DNA from: Candidatus Marinacidobacterales bacterium
GTDB taxonomy: Bacteria; Acidobacteriota; Vicinamibacteria; Marinacidobacterales; DATDRI01
Reading direction: 5' to 3'
NCBI GenBank assembly: GCA_965219415.1
Contig: CBDCNP010000002.1
Coordinates: forward strand, 2,176,001 to 2,240,000
DNA: 64,000 bases
The notes beneath the pieces were generated by a model. The model saw only the letters and a program-made list of their open reading frames with translations. It was not told where the DNA came from and did not search any database. Of this stretch, positions 1 through 9,405 are shown piece by piece. Each line of letters opens with the position of its first letter. Position 1 is the stretch's first letter. The position numbers and the translations under genes are program-made.

Positions 1-533
1 ATGTTGGTACCGGAAAGCACTGCCGCCAGGTTGAACCACGAATGGCGGTTGTAGAGCATGATTATGGCTTCCCCGCCGGTCCGAAGCACGCGATAGACTT
101 GATCGATCGACTTCTCAGTGTCGACCGTATGGTGAAGCACGCCGTGTGAGTAGACGACGTCGAAGGACCCATCGGGAAAGTCGAGAGACTCTGCGTTACC
201 GACGCGGAGGTCGCCTTGGTACCCTTCGCGTGCCAGGTTCGCGGTGGCCAGCTGGATCCCGTTTGGGGTGAGATCGACCGCGCTCACGTCCGACCCGGAA
301 CGGGCGAATTGCAGAAGGTCGATTCCAACACCGCATCCTATCTCGAGAATTTTTTTTCCCTTGTATTTCGAGAACCCGACGTAGTCTCGCAGATAGTCGA
401 TCTTTTCGTAACGATAGCGCTCGAGGGCGTCGAAGAACTCTGGAGATCCGACCGGGAGATCGGTGACCTCGATGTCGTTGACGAACTCGTTCCAATACGC
501 CCGAACGTCCTCGAGCGTGGTCGCATCAGTCAT
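1..533 (-). CDS. Class I SAM-dependent methyltransferase (3' end runs off the window)
   Basis: Manual translation from ATG at 533: MTDATTLEDVRAYWNE...KILEIGCGVGIDL...AVDLT...GNAESLDFPDGSFDVVYSHGVLHH. Motif I (LEIGCGxG) and FDVV are present. Not in the ORF track because no stop lies inside the window. Confidence 0.88.
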   Translation of the reverse strand, partial: MTDATTLEDVRAYWNEFVNDIEVTDLPVGSPEFFDALERYRYEKIDYLRDYVGFSKYKGKKILEIGCGVGIDLLQFARSGSDVSAVDLTPNGIQLATANLAREGYQGDLRVGNAESLDFPDGSFDVVYSHGVLHHTVDTEKSIDQVYRVLRTGGEAIIMLYNRHSWFNLAAVLSGTN

Positions 534-734
534 GGAGAGGCGGGAGTCTACCAAGGGGGCCCCGAACCGTCAAGCTCCGTTAAGTTTCGTCGAGTGATGG
601 CTTCCGCTCATACTCTTCCTTGATCTCAGAACCTCGTCACCTTATGATGTAAGGACCCGATCACAAATTCAAAAAGAAAGATTTAATTACCTCGATATGA
701 AGCGTGCACTCAACCCTGGCCATCGTGTATCTGT

Positions 735-1715
735 ATGCCCGATCCCGAGTCCTCCGATTTCCTAGAAGAGTTCGCTCGCGACGTCCGGGAGGGCTTGCGC
801 AGCGAGCCGAAGTTTCTCCTCGCCAAGTACTTCTACGATGAGGCCGGCTCCAAGATATTCGAGCAAATCACCGATCTTCCGGAATACTATCCGACCCGGA
901 CCGAGGCTTCCATACTACGCGAGAACGCTTCGGAGATTCGGGACGCATTGGAAAGCGACATCAGCCTCGTGGAGTTGGGTAGTGGGAGCTCGACGAAGAC
1001 CACTATCCTTCTCGAGAACATCATGGAGGCACAGAAAGAGCTCCATTACCTTCCTATTGACATCTCGCCGACGATTCTCGACCAAACGGCCCGCAAATTG
1101 GACGCTCTTTACCCCGGCCTGACAACGATTCCCATAGCTTCCGAATACGGAGACGGGTTGCGACGGGCCACACGCATCGCGGTGGAGGAACCCGAGGTCG
1201 CGGATAGGAAGCTGGTACTCTTTTTGGGCTCGAGTATCGGGAATTTCGAGCCCCGGGACGCGGGGGCCCTGCTCGACACGGTGCGCGACGGGATGGAGTC
1301 CAACGATGCGCTCCTCATCGGGTTCGACCTCCAGAAGGACAAGAAGGTCTTGGAAGCCGCCTATGATGATGCGGCCGGCGTGACTGCTCGTTTCAACCTC
1401 AACATCCTGACCCGCATCAATCGAGAACTGGGTGGAGAATTCGATCCGGAGACGTTCCGTCATCGAGCCGTCTATAGCGCGGAGGTCGGACGAATCGAGT
1501 TGCATTTGGTGTCTCAGAAGAGCCAGGAAGTACGTATTGAGCAGATAAAGGAGACCGTCCGCTTGGAGAAGGACGAATATATCCACACCGAGAGCTCCTA
1601 CAAGTACACGAGACCCCTCATCGAATGGATCGCCCATGCCGCCCGCTTCAAAGTGGGCAAAGTGTTCACCGACGACAACAACTGGTTCGCGGTGGCTCTT
1701 TTCTTCCCCACCTAG
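735..1715 (+). CDS. egtD: L-histidine N-alpha-methyltransferase (EgtD family)
   Basis: KYFYD, FEQITDLPEYYPTRTE, LVELGSGSSTKT, FLGSSIGNF, AYDDAAGVTARFNLN and IHTESSYKY are EgtD-family motifs. Confidence 0.9.
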   Translation: MPDPESSDFLEEFARDVREGLRSEPKFLLAKYFYDEAGSKIFEQITDLPEYYPTRTEASILRENASEIRDALESDISLVELGSGSSTKTTILLENIMEAQKELHYLPIDISPTILDQTARKLDALYPGLTTIPIASEYGDGLRRATRIAVEEPEVADRKLVLFLGSSIGNFEPRDAGALLDTVRDGMESNDALLIGFDLQKDKKVLEAAYDDAAGVTARFNLNILTRINRELGGEFDPETFRHRAVYSAEVGRIELHLVSQKSQEVRIEQIKETVRLEKDEYIHTESSYKYTRPLIEWIAHAARFKVGKVFTDDNNWFAVALFFPT

Positions 1716-1758
1716 CGCCGCGCGGCCTGCCAGTTTGTCGGCCCGGTCCAGTCCGCAT

Positions 1759-3600
1759 ATGATCCCTAGGATGTTTCAGCGTCGTCATGCCCTAGGGGTA
1801 CTCTTCACCATCGGAATCGTTTTGCTGGGGTTTTCCCTGTCCGTAGACTACCCCCGGCAGGCGGGGGCGATGTGGAGTGACGAGGCCACCTATTACACCA
1901 TGGCTCACAGCCTCGCCTACGATGGCGATCTCCGCTTCACCCGCAAGGACCTGGAGCGGGTGTATCGCGAGTTTCGCGGAGGACCTTCCGGAATTTTCCT
2001 GAAGCGGGGACGGGAAGGCTCTCTGACCTTTGGAAGCCCATTCCCCATGGTCATCCGGGACGGCGAAGTGACCGAGGAGATCTACTTCGCCAAATCATTC
2101 CTGTACTCGCTGGCGGCCGCGCCCTGGGTGCGGTTGTTCGGAACCCACGGCATGCTCGTCCTACACACGCTCGCGGTGATGGCTGTACTAGTCTGCGGAT
2201 ACTTCTTTCTTGCAGCGACGAGCTCACCCGGGGCTTCTCTCGCATACACGCTAACATTTCTCTTCGCCTCGGTGGTGCCGGCTTACTTCGTGTGGTTGAC
2301 ACCTGAGATCTTCAACTTGAGCCTCGTATTCCTGGGGGCCTTCTTCTGGCTGTACAAGGAAAGAGCACCCGCGCCACCGAGATTGCTGAGAGGACTCACT
2401 TCGGATCTCATTGCGGCGGCCATTCTAGGAGCGGTAACCTATTCGAAGCCTTCGAACGTCTTCGTGATCCTCCCGGTGCTCGCTCTTCTCGCGATCCGGC
2501 GACAATGGAAGCGTGGTTTTGTCACCGGGGCAGTCTTTGGAATCGTTCTGAGCGGATTCTTTCTCGCAAACCTCGCGGTGACCGGGGAGATGAACTACCA
2601 GGGCGGCGACAGGAAGACCTTCTATGGACGCTATCCCTTTCAGCGCCCAGACCTCAATTTCGAGAACACCGGTCTCGCCAAAGTCACCGCCGAGATCTAC
2701 ACCCAACAGCCATGGGACATCGTGGTTCACGATCTATATTTCTTCCACATCGGGCGATTTTCCGGCATCGCAATCTACTTCTTCCCTGCGGTCGTAGCGG
2801 TAGCACTCTTCGCCTTCGGTCCGAAGAAAAGTTGGCAATGGATGGTTCTCGCGCTGGCCACCTTCGACTGTTTGCTCCTCATCGTCTGGATGCCGGTCAA
2901 CTACTTTGGGGGAGGTGGTACGCTTGGAAACCGCTACTTCTTGAACATTTACCCTCTTTATTTTTTTCTGACTCCGACACTCCTGCGACCTCTACTCGCC
3001 ATTCTTCCTTCATGGATCATGGCGGGCGCCTTTTTGACGTCGATTCTGATCAATCCCTTCGCCGCGGCCCGCCGCCCCGGCCAGCACGCGACCACTGGTC
3101 TCTTCAAATGGCTGCCGGTCGAGCTTTCTCTCATCAACGATCTGCCCACCAATATCGATCCCGCAAAATTTCGGCAACGGTTCGAAGACGGGTACCTGGG
3201 GTACTTCCTGGATAACAACACGTGGGGGCGAGAACGGTACCGCGGAGTGGGCTTCTGGGTCCGGGGCGGAACGAAAGCAGAAATGGTCGTGCGTACTCGT
3301 TTCCCGCTCGACCAGCTCACCGTTCGCGTGTTGAACGTGAGCGTTCCCAATCGAATCAAGGTCTGCGTTCCCGGCGGGTGTGACACGTCGGACTACCAGC
3401 CTGGCGAGAAGAAAATTCTGGAGCTACCCGCCGGCCGCGGTTTCCCCTACGAGGATTTCGGGGCGCGCAGCTATTGCTATTTGGTGACGATTTCTCCAGA
3501 GCAAGGAGATGTTCCCATGTTGGCAAGGCGAGGAGAGAGTGACAGCCGTTTCTTAGGTGCCTTCGTTCACATCGAACCGGATCCGTACCCGGGAATCTAG
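1759..3600 (+). CDS. Multi-pass membrane protein, probable GT-C fold glycosyltransferase with C-terminal extracytoplasmic domain
   Basis: First TM helix followed by WSDEATYY (DE motif of GT-C/PMT-like enzymes), many hydrophobic segments, GNRYF near the last helices. Start probably ATG 1759 or 1771, not the track's 1636. Confidence 0.65.
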   Translation: MIPRMFQRRHALGVLFTIGIVLLGFSLSVDYPRQAGAMWSDEATYYTMAHSLAYDGDLRFTRKDLERVYREFRGGPSGIFLKRGREGSLTFGSPFPMVIRDGEVTEEIYFAKSFLYSLAAAPWVRLFGTHGMLVLHTLAVMAVLVCGYFFLAATSSPGASLAYTLTFLFASVVPAYFVWLTPEIFNLSLVFLGAFFWLYKERAPAPPRLLRGLTSDLIAAAILGAVTYSKPSNVFVILPVLALLAIRRQWKRGFVTGAVFGIVLSGFFLANLAVTGEMNYQGGDRKTFYGRYPFQRPDLNFENTGLAKVTAEIYTQQPWDIVVHDLYFFHIGRFSGIAIYFFPAVVAVALFAFGPKKSWQWMVLALATFDCLLLIVWMPVNYFGGGGTLGNRYFLNIYPLYFFLTPTLLRPLLAILPSWIMAGAFLTSILINPFAAARRPGQHATTGLFKWLPVELSLINDLPTNIDPAKFRQRFEDGYLGYFLDNNTWGRERYRGVGFWVRGGTKAEMVVRTRFPLDQLTVRVLNVSVPNRIKVCVPGGCDTSDYQPGEKKILELPAGRGFPYEDFGARSYCYLVTISPEQGDVPMLARRGESDSRFLGAFVHIEPDPYPGI

Positions 3601-3601
3601 A

Positions 3602-5299
3602 TCATTGAGCCAATAAAATTCGAGCCACCACCCCCTGCCCTTGCTTGACTACATGAAGGATGCCGGCCTCCATAGGTCCTAGTTGCTCGGAAGCCCCTCC
3701 TGGCCAACGGATGCTAGCTGCCTTGGCTCGACCAACCTCTCCTAAACCAAAGTGCAACCGAGGATCATTCGATCCCATGTAGCCATCCGAGAAACGAACC
3801 TCCCGATGTTGCGTCGCGTCTCCGACCTGCAGAGCGACGCGGGCCCCTAAGGCGTCTCGATTGGCGGGGGTGCCGATCAACAAGAGCTTGAGGGCGTTCG
3901 CTTCGCTCGAACCTTCGTGACGCAAGAGACTCGGTCGGTCATCGATTTCATTGATGAAGATGTCGAGCCTTCCGTCGTTGTCGAAATCCCCTAGCGCCGT
4001 CCCCCGACTACTTTTCCTGACCTCGAATCCGGGACCGAGATCCTCGAGCTCTCGCCACTTCGTTTGTCCCGCCTCATCAACCTGATTCTCGAATACCTGA
4101 TTGCGTTGCGCGTAGGATTCGCCCATGGCCTCGGCCTGCGGGTAAACATGGCCGCTCGCCACGAACAGATCCTCGTCCCCGTCGTTGTCGAGATCGGCGA
4201 AATGGGTTCCCCAGGACAGGTAACTAAGGCTGGGCGCGCCCAAGCCGACTCGCTCGGTGACCTCTTCGTACTCTCCTCCGCCCACGTTGAGATAGAAAGT
4301 GTTGGTATCGTTTTGGAAGTTGGTGACGAAGAGATCGAAGTCACCATCGCCGTCGGGATCTCCGGCGCTGACTCCCATTCCCGACTGCTCGAACCCTTTG
4401 CCGCTGTAGCCGGCTCCGGAAAGAAGCGAGTCGTCCAGGAATTCAAGGTTGCCGCTGTTCCGAAAGAAGAGGTTGATGGTGGAATCGCAAGCCGCGTAGA
4501 TATCGGGGAGACCATCGTTGCTTAGATCTGCGATCAACAACCCTAAGGTTTTCGCTTCCGTAGAGAGAATGCCCGACTCGCGGGTCCGGTCCTCGAACCT
4601 TGTGTCGCCACGATTCCAAAAGAGCGCGTTGGAATCTCCCGGTAAGCCGTCGGGACCGCAGTAGACTTCGAAACCGCGGTAGTAGCATTCCCCGTCTCCA
4701 ATCCGAGCGACCGTTTCTCGTTCGAAGCGAAGATAAGTGCCTACAACCAGATCGATGTAGCCATCACCATCCAGGTCCCCGAAAGCTGCGCTAGCGCTCG
4801 GTCGGGGATCGGAGAGTCCTGCGGCCTGCGTGCGCTCGACGAACGTTCCGTCGCCACGATTGAGGTAGAAGGCGTTCTCCCCGAAGTTGGTGATGTAGAG
4901 ATCCGGGTCACCATCGTTATCGACATCACCCACTGCACAACCACCGCCCCATCCTCGATCCCGTATGCCGGCCCGGGTGGTGACATCCTCGAAGGCCGCC
5001 CCGCTTCGATTTCGGTACAGCGCGTCGTGCGGTGCGCCGACCGCGTCCGCTGCCTGCTCGAGAGTCGCACCATTGACGACATAGAGATCCAGGAAACCAT
5101 CCCCGTCGTAGTCGAAGAAACACGCACCGGATCCCGTGCTTTCGACGATGTACGTTTTCTCTGCAGTTCCGGAGACGTTCTCGATCCGAATTCCCATGGC
5201 TTCCGCCACTTCTCGGAACTGAATGCGCCGGGGTGGGGAGGCATTCCCGATCGAGTGGGTGCAAAGGAGACAGGCCGCGGCAAGAATCCGGCGTCGCAT
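3602..5299 (-). CDS. CRTAC1 / ASPIC-UnbV family FG-GAP repeat secreted protein
   Basis: Signal peptide, repeated DxDxDGxxDL motifs, C-terminal NRDALGARV...LHFGLG...IRWPGG (ASPIC/UnbV domain). Confidence 0.88.
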   Translation of the reverse strand: MRRRILAAACLLCTHSIGNASPPRRIQFREVAEAMGIRIENVSGTAEKTYIVESTGSGACFFDYDGDGFLDLYVVNGATLEQAADAVGAPHDALYRNRSGAAFEDVTTRAGIRDRGWGGGCAVGDVDNDGDPDLYITNFGENAFYLNRGDGTFVERTQAAGLSDPRPSASAAFGDLDGDGYIDLVVGTYLRFERETVARIGDGECYYRGFEVYCGPDGLPGDSNALFWNRGDTRFEDRTRESGILSTEAKTLGLLIADLSNDGLPDIYAACDSTINLFFRNSGNLEFLDDSLLSGAGYSGKGFEQSGMGVSAGDPDGDGDFDLFVTNFQNDTNTFYLNVGGGEYEEVTERVGLGAPSLSYLSWGTHFADLDNDGDEDLFVASGHVYPQAEAMGESYAQRNQVFENQVDEAGQTKWRELEDLGPGFEVRKSSRGTALGDFDNDGRLDIFINEIDDRPSLLRHEGSSEANALKLLLIGTPANRDALGARVALQVGDATQHREVRFSDGYMGSNDPRLHFGLGEVGRAKAASIRWPGGASEQLGPMEAGILHVVKQGQGVVARILLAQ

Positions 5300-5572
5300 C
5301 CCGCCGATTATCGCACAGCGACTAGCCCTTCGGCCCCGAGCTATGCGTAGTCGGCCTGCCGGCCGCCAAATTACGTGGTTGCCTTGACCGGAGCTAGCCA
5401 GGCGGCGGTGGAGCCCTCAGCCGCGAAGTCGGCGCAGCGGCGAGCGCTCGAACGCAGCCCTGAGCCCATGCGTAGTCGCGTAGTCGACGAAGCATGAATG
5501 CGTGGGGGTGGGGCCCCGCGCCATTTATTGAAGAGTGAGGCCCCGACTGATTGAAGCCGGTCGAGCGGGAAC

Positions 5573-6175
5573 CTAAAGTACCAGGGATTCACGCTCGAGA
5601 AAGTAAGGAGCGATAGTGCTTGCATCCAATCCCGAGAGATGCCGTTCAAGAGTCTCAATGACGATCGAGTCCAACTGGCTACGAACGAGGCCGTCCGGGT
5701 CGTGTTCTCCCAAAAGCATGCCCATCCCTTGGGGAAGACTAGTGACACCTGAGCGGTCGGTAGTCCAAACGACTTTTCCCTTGGCCTCAAACAGCGAAGC
5801 GTTATTGGGATTGGCGAGGAACAAAACCAGCGTTGCCTCGATAGGAAGGGCCCTTTCCGCCGCGAGGAACACTCCACCGCGGCTCAAGTTCAAGACTTGC
5901 CCCGAGAGAAACTCCTCTCCACACTGGATGACGATGGACAGATCGGTAGGCACTCGGAGGCGCTGCCGATCCTTCACGCGCCGGCGGATGTCTTCCACCG
6001 AAAAGTGATGGGTCACTGGGCGACGGGGGATTCCGTTATAGGCGGTGAGGAGCTCGTAAAAGCCCTTCAACTCCAACCAGCGCCGCTCCGCGTCCTGCGA
6101 CAGCTCTCCCCCTCGATGAACCTTTTGGTCGTTAAGGGCGGCGAACTCACCAACCAGATCCAGGACTGTTTTCAT
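5573..6175 (-). CDS. PilZ-domain (c-di-GMP receptor) protein with N-terminal helical domain
   Basis: RQRLRVP (RxxxR) and NLSRGGVF ([D/N]xSxxG) motifs, then GKVVW and GMGM. GGAG SD upstream. Confidence 0.82.
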   Translation of the reverse strand: MKTVLDLVGEFAALNDQKVHRGGELSQDAERRWLELKGFYELLTAYNGIPRRPVTHHFSVEDIRRRVKDRQRLRVPTDLSIVIQCGEEFLSGQVLNLSRGGVFLAAERALPIEATLVLFLANPNNASLFEAKGKVVWTTDRSGVTSLPQGMGMLLGEHDPDGLVRSQLDSIVIETLERHLSGLDASTIAPYFLERESLVL

Positions 6176-6586
6176 ACTTGCTCCCTTGAATCTCTGGGCG
6201 AGGCGGCCATGCCGGGGAGAGGCGTGCCTTGCCTGCTGTTGCCATTAGGCCGAGCGGGGTGGGAGCCCAGTGTCCATCAATAAGTTTTCGTTTTGATAGG
6301 TCCTATTCTCCCTCAAAAACCCATTTTGTTCAGTGATAGCGATCGCTGGGATTTCACCGGTGGGTCGGAGTGCCGTCCGGGACTCCTGAGTCTTCGAACC
6401 GCGGGCCTCGAACCTTCCTGTAAACCGTTACCATACAACAGCTTAGGTCACAAACTGGGGCGATTCGAAGATCTTCCATGAGTTGGGCCGAAGCCGCGGC
6501 GACGTGAGGTCCTTCCCCTACAAATGTAGGTGCGCCAACCCGTGTGGCGGTGGCGAGCCCCCCCCGCCCGGTATTACTAAGGGCAC

Positions 6587-8596
6587 CTATTGGAGTGTGG
6601 CCAGGACGTCGGGCCCGGCCAGGACGTCCCCCGGAGAGACGTGAATCTTGGATACTTGACCTCGTGCGGGAGCGCGAACCTCGAGTTGCATCTTCATCGA
6701 CTCGATGACGAAGATGACCTGGCCCTGTTCCACTTCGTCGCCTTCTCGCGACCGAACCTCCAAAACTTTTCCTGCCATGGGTGCGCGAACCTCTCCATTG
6801 CCGGAAGCCACATCCAGCCCTTCCCGCGCGGTGTGCCGCGGGCAAGCTAGGCGCAACGTTTCACCGAACAAGGTCACCGTGAGTTCTGCGGCCGATGAGC
6901 GCGAAGCATAGAATCCCGCCGATGGCAATTCTCCTCCTTTGATTCGAGAGGCCAGCTCTCGCAGAGACGTCGAGAAACGCGACGCCGGTTCTGACAATCT
7001 CAAAGCCTCGACCAAACCTGGACCCGACAAAACGAACCGCCCCCGATCGCCCCCTGCAGTAACGACCAATGCGGGGCGCTCTAGCTCGCTTCCAATGCGA
7101 GCCTCGGTGTTGCCTTGAGCGGCGAAACGTTCAGCCGCCGCCGGCCGCGACGTCGCACCTCCAGAAACGGCGAGAGAAAGTCTCTCCCGAACGGTCCTTG
7201 ACTCTAATCGACCTCTAAGTGCGCGCGGCAAGAGTGATGTATTGAGGGATTCCAGGTTTCGATCGATCCATTGCGTCGACTCCCGTCCGGCTCGGAAATC
7301 GCTATGTCTTACCAGGGCTTGTAGAAAAGGGAGATTGGTTGTCGGGCCATGAACGATCATCTCTTCGAGCGCCAGATCCAGCCGTTCCAAAGCCTCGTCA
7401 CGACTCTCGCCGATGGTGATCACTTTCGCGATCATGGAATCGTACTGAGCGTTGACTCGCCCCCCCTCGTGAACTCCTGAATCCACGCGCACGCCATCGC
7501 CGCGCGGTTCCCGATAAAGGACCAGCGATCCTGGGGTCGGCAAGAAATCGTTCCGCGGATCTTCCGCAAGAACACGCGCCTCTACCGAAACGCCTCGCGG
7601 CTCGAGGAGCGTGAAGGTTTCTGAATCGGGCAAGCCGGAAGGCCATGAGCCTTCGGCCAGATCAAATTGAGCCTGAACCAAATCCACGCCGTACACCATC
7701 TCGGTAACCGGGTGTTCGACCTGAAGACGGGTGTTGACCTCCAGGAAGTGGAACTTCTTTTCCGAATCGAGCAAGAACTCGACGGTGCCGGCACCGCGGT
7801 ACCGCGTCTCGGCAACGAGTGCGAGGGCCGCCTTGCCGAGAGACTCTCGGAGAGCACCGTCGACCACAACGCTCGGAGATTCCTCGACGACCTTTTGGTG
7901 GCGTCTCTGCATCGAGCACTCGCGCTCGCCGAGAAAGACGCCCCCCCCTTCGCCATCTCCGAAGACCTGGATCTCGATATGGCGCGGCTCCTTAAGGTAG
8001 CGCTCAACAAAGACGGAAGGGTCTCCGAACCCGGAAAGGGCCTCCTCCGATCCACGACGAATCGCCTCCGGCAGTTCAGCCGCCGAGTTCACGACGCGCA
8101 TCCCCCTTCCTCCTCCACCACCGCTGGCCTTCACCAAGTAAGGAGGTGATATGCCGCGTGAAGCGAGTTGGTCGGCGATGGTACTTGCGGGCAAGCCCTC
8201 TAGTTCCTTTGAGGCGAGGGACGTCAGGCTAGGAACGCCGCATCGCACTGCGAGCGTCTTGGCGGACTCCTTGTTGCCGAGCGCTCTCATGCTTGCCGGC
8301 GTCGGCCCGACGAAGACGAGACCCGCCTTTTCGACCTCCTCGGCGAACTCGGCGTTCTCGGAGAGAAATCCGTAGCCGGGATGAAGCAGATGGGCGCCCC
8401 AATTGCGGGCGGCACGAACGATGCTCTCTCCATCGAGAAAACTCTCTACTTCGAGAACCTCGTCCGCTTCGGTGCGTACTAGAGCATCAGCGTCTTCCAC
8501 GGTGGAGATGACCGCAACCTGGTATCCGCGCTCACGAGCGGCACGCAGAACGCGCCGTGCGATTTCCCCACGATTCGCGATGACTAGATTTGGCAA
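6587..8596 (-). CDS. Biotin carboxylase + biotin carrier subunit of an acyl-CoA carboxylase (methylcrotonyl/geranyl-CoA carboxylase alpha-like)
   Basis: IANRGEIA, HPGYGFLSENA, GGGGRGMR, RECSMQRRHQK, EVNTRLQVEHPVTE and C-terminal ESMKM biotinylation motif. Start probably TTG near 8596; the track's 8674 overlaps the upstream gene. Confidence 0.9.
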   Translation of the reverse strand: MPNLVIANRGEIARRVLRAARERGYQVAVISTVEDADALVRTEADEVLEVESFLDGESIVRAARNWGAHLLHPGYGFLSENAEFAEEVEKAGLVFVGPTPASMRALGNKESAKTLAVRCGVPSLTSLASKELEGLPASTIADQLASRGISPPYLVKASGGGGGRGMRVVNSAAELPEAIRRGSEEALSGFGDPSVFVERYLKEPRHIEIQVFGDGEGGGVFLGERECSMQRRHQKVVEESPSVVVDGALRESLGKAALALVAETRYRGAGTVEFLLDSEKKFHFLEVNTRLQVEHPVTEMVYGVDLVQAQFDLAEGSWPSGLPDSETFTLLEPRGVSVEARVLAEDPRNDFLPTPGSLVLYREPRGDGVRVDSGVHEGGRVNAQYDSMIAKVITIGESRDEALERLDLALEEMIVHGPTTNLPFLQALVRHSDFRAGRESTQWIDRNLESLNTSLLPRALRGRLESRTVRERLSLAVSGGATSRPAAAERFAAQGNTEARIGSELERPALVVTAGGDRGRFVLSGPGLVEALRLSEPASRFSTSLRELASRIKGGELPSAGFYASRSSAAELTVTLFGETLRLACPRHTAREGLDVASGNGEVRAPMAGKVLEVRSREGDEVEQGQVIFVIESMKMQLEVRAPARGQVSKIHVSPGDVLAGPDVLATLQ

Positions 8597-8604
8597 AATT
8601 TGGA

Positions 8605-9405
8605 TTAGGGCACCCAGGGAGGAGCCTTCTTGTCGAAGAAGGATGCTAGCCCGGCCTGGCCTTCCTCCGAGCATCGGGCCTTCGCAATGCTCTCCGCGGT
8701 GAACTCGATCTGATCCGCGCTCGGAAGGGGAGCCGCATTGTGGAGGAGTTTTTTCGTCCTGCGAGCCGATTCCGGACCAGCATGCAGAAACTCCGCCACC
8801 AGTTCCTCGAGCTCAGAGTCGAAACTTTGCTCGCTGGTCGTGCGTTGCACCAAACCTAGCTCTCGCGCCTCCGGAGCCTTGATGCGCCGACCGGTAAGAA
8901 GAAGAGACGACGCGGCCGCCAGCCCTATCTTTCGAACGATGTACGGGCTGATGACCGCGGGGACGATTCCGAGCCGGACCTCGGTGGTCGCGAAGGTCGC
9001 CCTTTCTTCGGAGAACACGTAGTCGGTCGAAACCGCGAGGCCCATTCCGCCCCCGATCGCGGCGCCACGAACCGCACAGATGACCGGAGTAGGAAACGCC
9101 GCTAGATCGTAGAAGAGCTGGGCGAGGCTCTTCGCATCGGCGAGGCTCTCGGCTTCACCGCTCCCCGCCAACCGCTTCATGTAGTTCAGATCGGCGCCCG
9201 CGGAGAAGAGCTTTCCTTCACCAGTGAGAATGAGCAACCTCATCTCGCCCGGGTCTGGTATCGCGGCAAGCTTGGCTAGAACGTCCTTGAGCTCTTGGAT
9301 CATCGTCTCGTCGAACGCGTTCCGGGCGTCCGGACGTGAAAGAACGATGCGTTTCACGCCATGGGGTTGGGACTCTACTCGGAGAGTAGAAGCTTCGAGT
9401 TTCAT
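8605..9405 (-). CDS. Enoyl-CoA hydratase/crotonase (methylglutaconyl-CoA hydratase-like)
   Basis: LSRPDARNAF, FSAGADL, AIGGGMGL, TEVRLGIVPAVISPY. ATG at 9405 overlaps the atuA stop. Confidence 0.88.
   Translation of the reverse strand: MKLEASTLRVESQPHGVKRIVLSRPDARNAFDETMIQELKDVLAKLAAIPDPGEMRLLILTGEGKLFSAGADLNYMKRLAGSGEAESLADAKSLAQLFYDLAAFPTPVICAVRGAAIGGGMGLAVSTDYVFSEERATFATTEVRLGIVPAVISPYIVRKIGLAAASSLLLTGRRIKAPEARELGLVQRTTSEQSFDSELEELVAEFLHAGPESARRTKKLLHNAAPLPSADQIEFTAESIAKARCSEEGQAGLASFFDKKAPPWVP

Noticed and set aside
216-623. 135-aa plus-strand ORF
   Set aside because: Antisense shadow of the minus-strand methyltransferase, which has clear motifs.
6176-6586. Possible c-di-GMP riboswitch upstream of the PilZ gene
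   Set aside because: I could not find the GEMM consensus elements on either strand by eye. An Infernal search would be needed.
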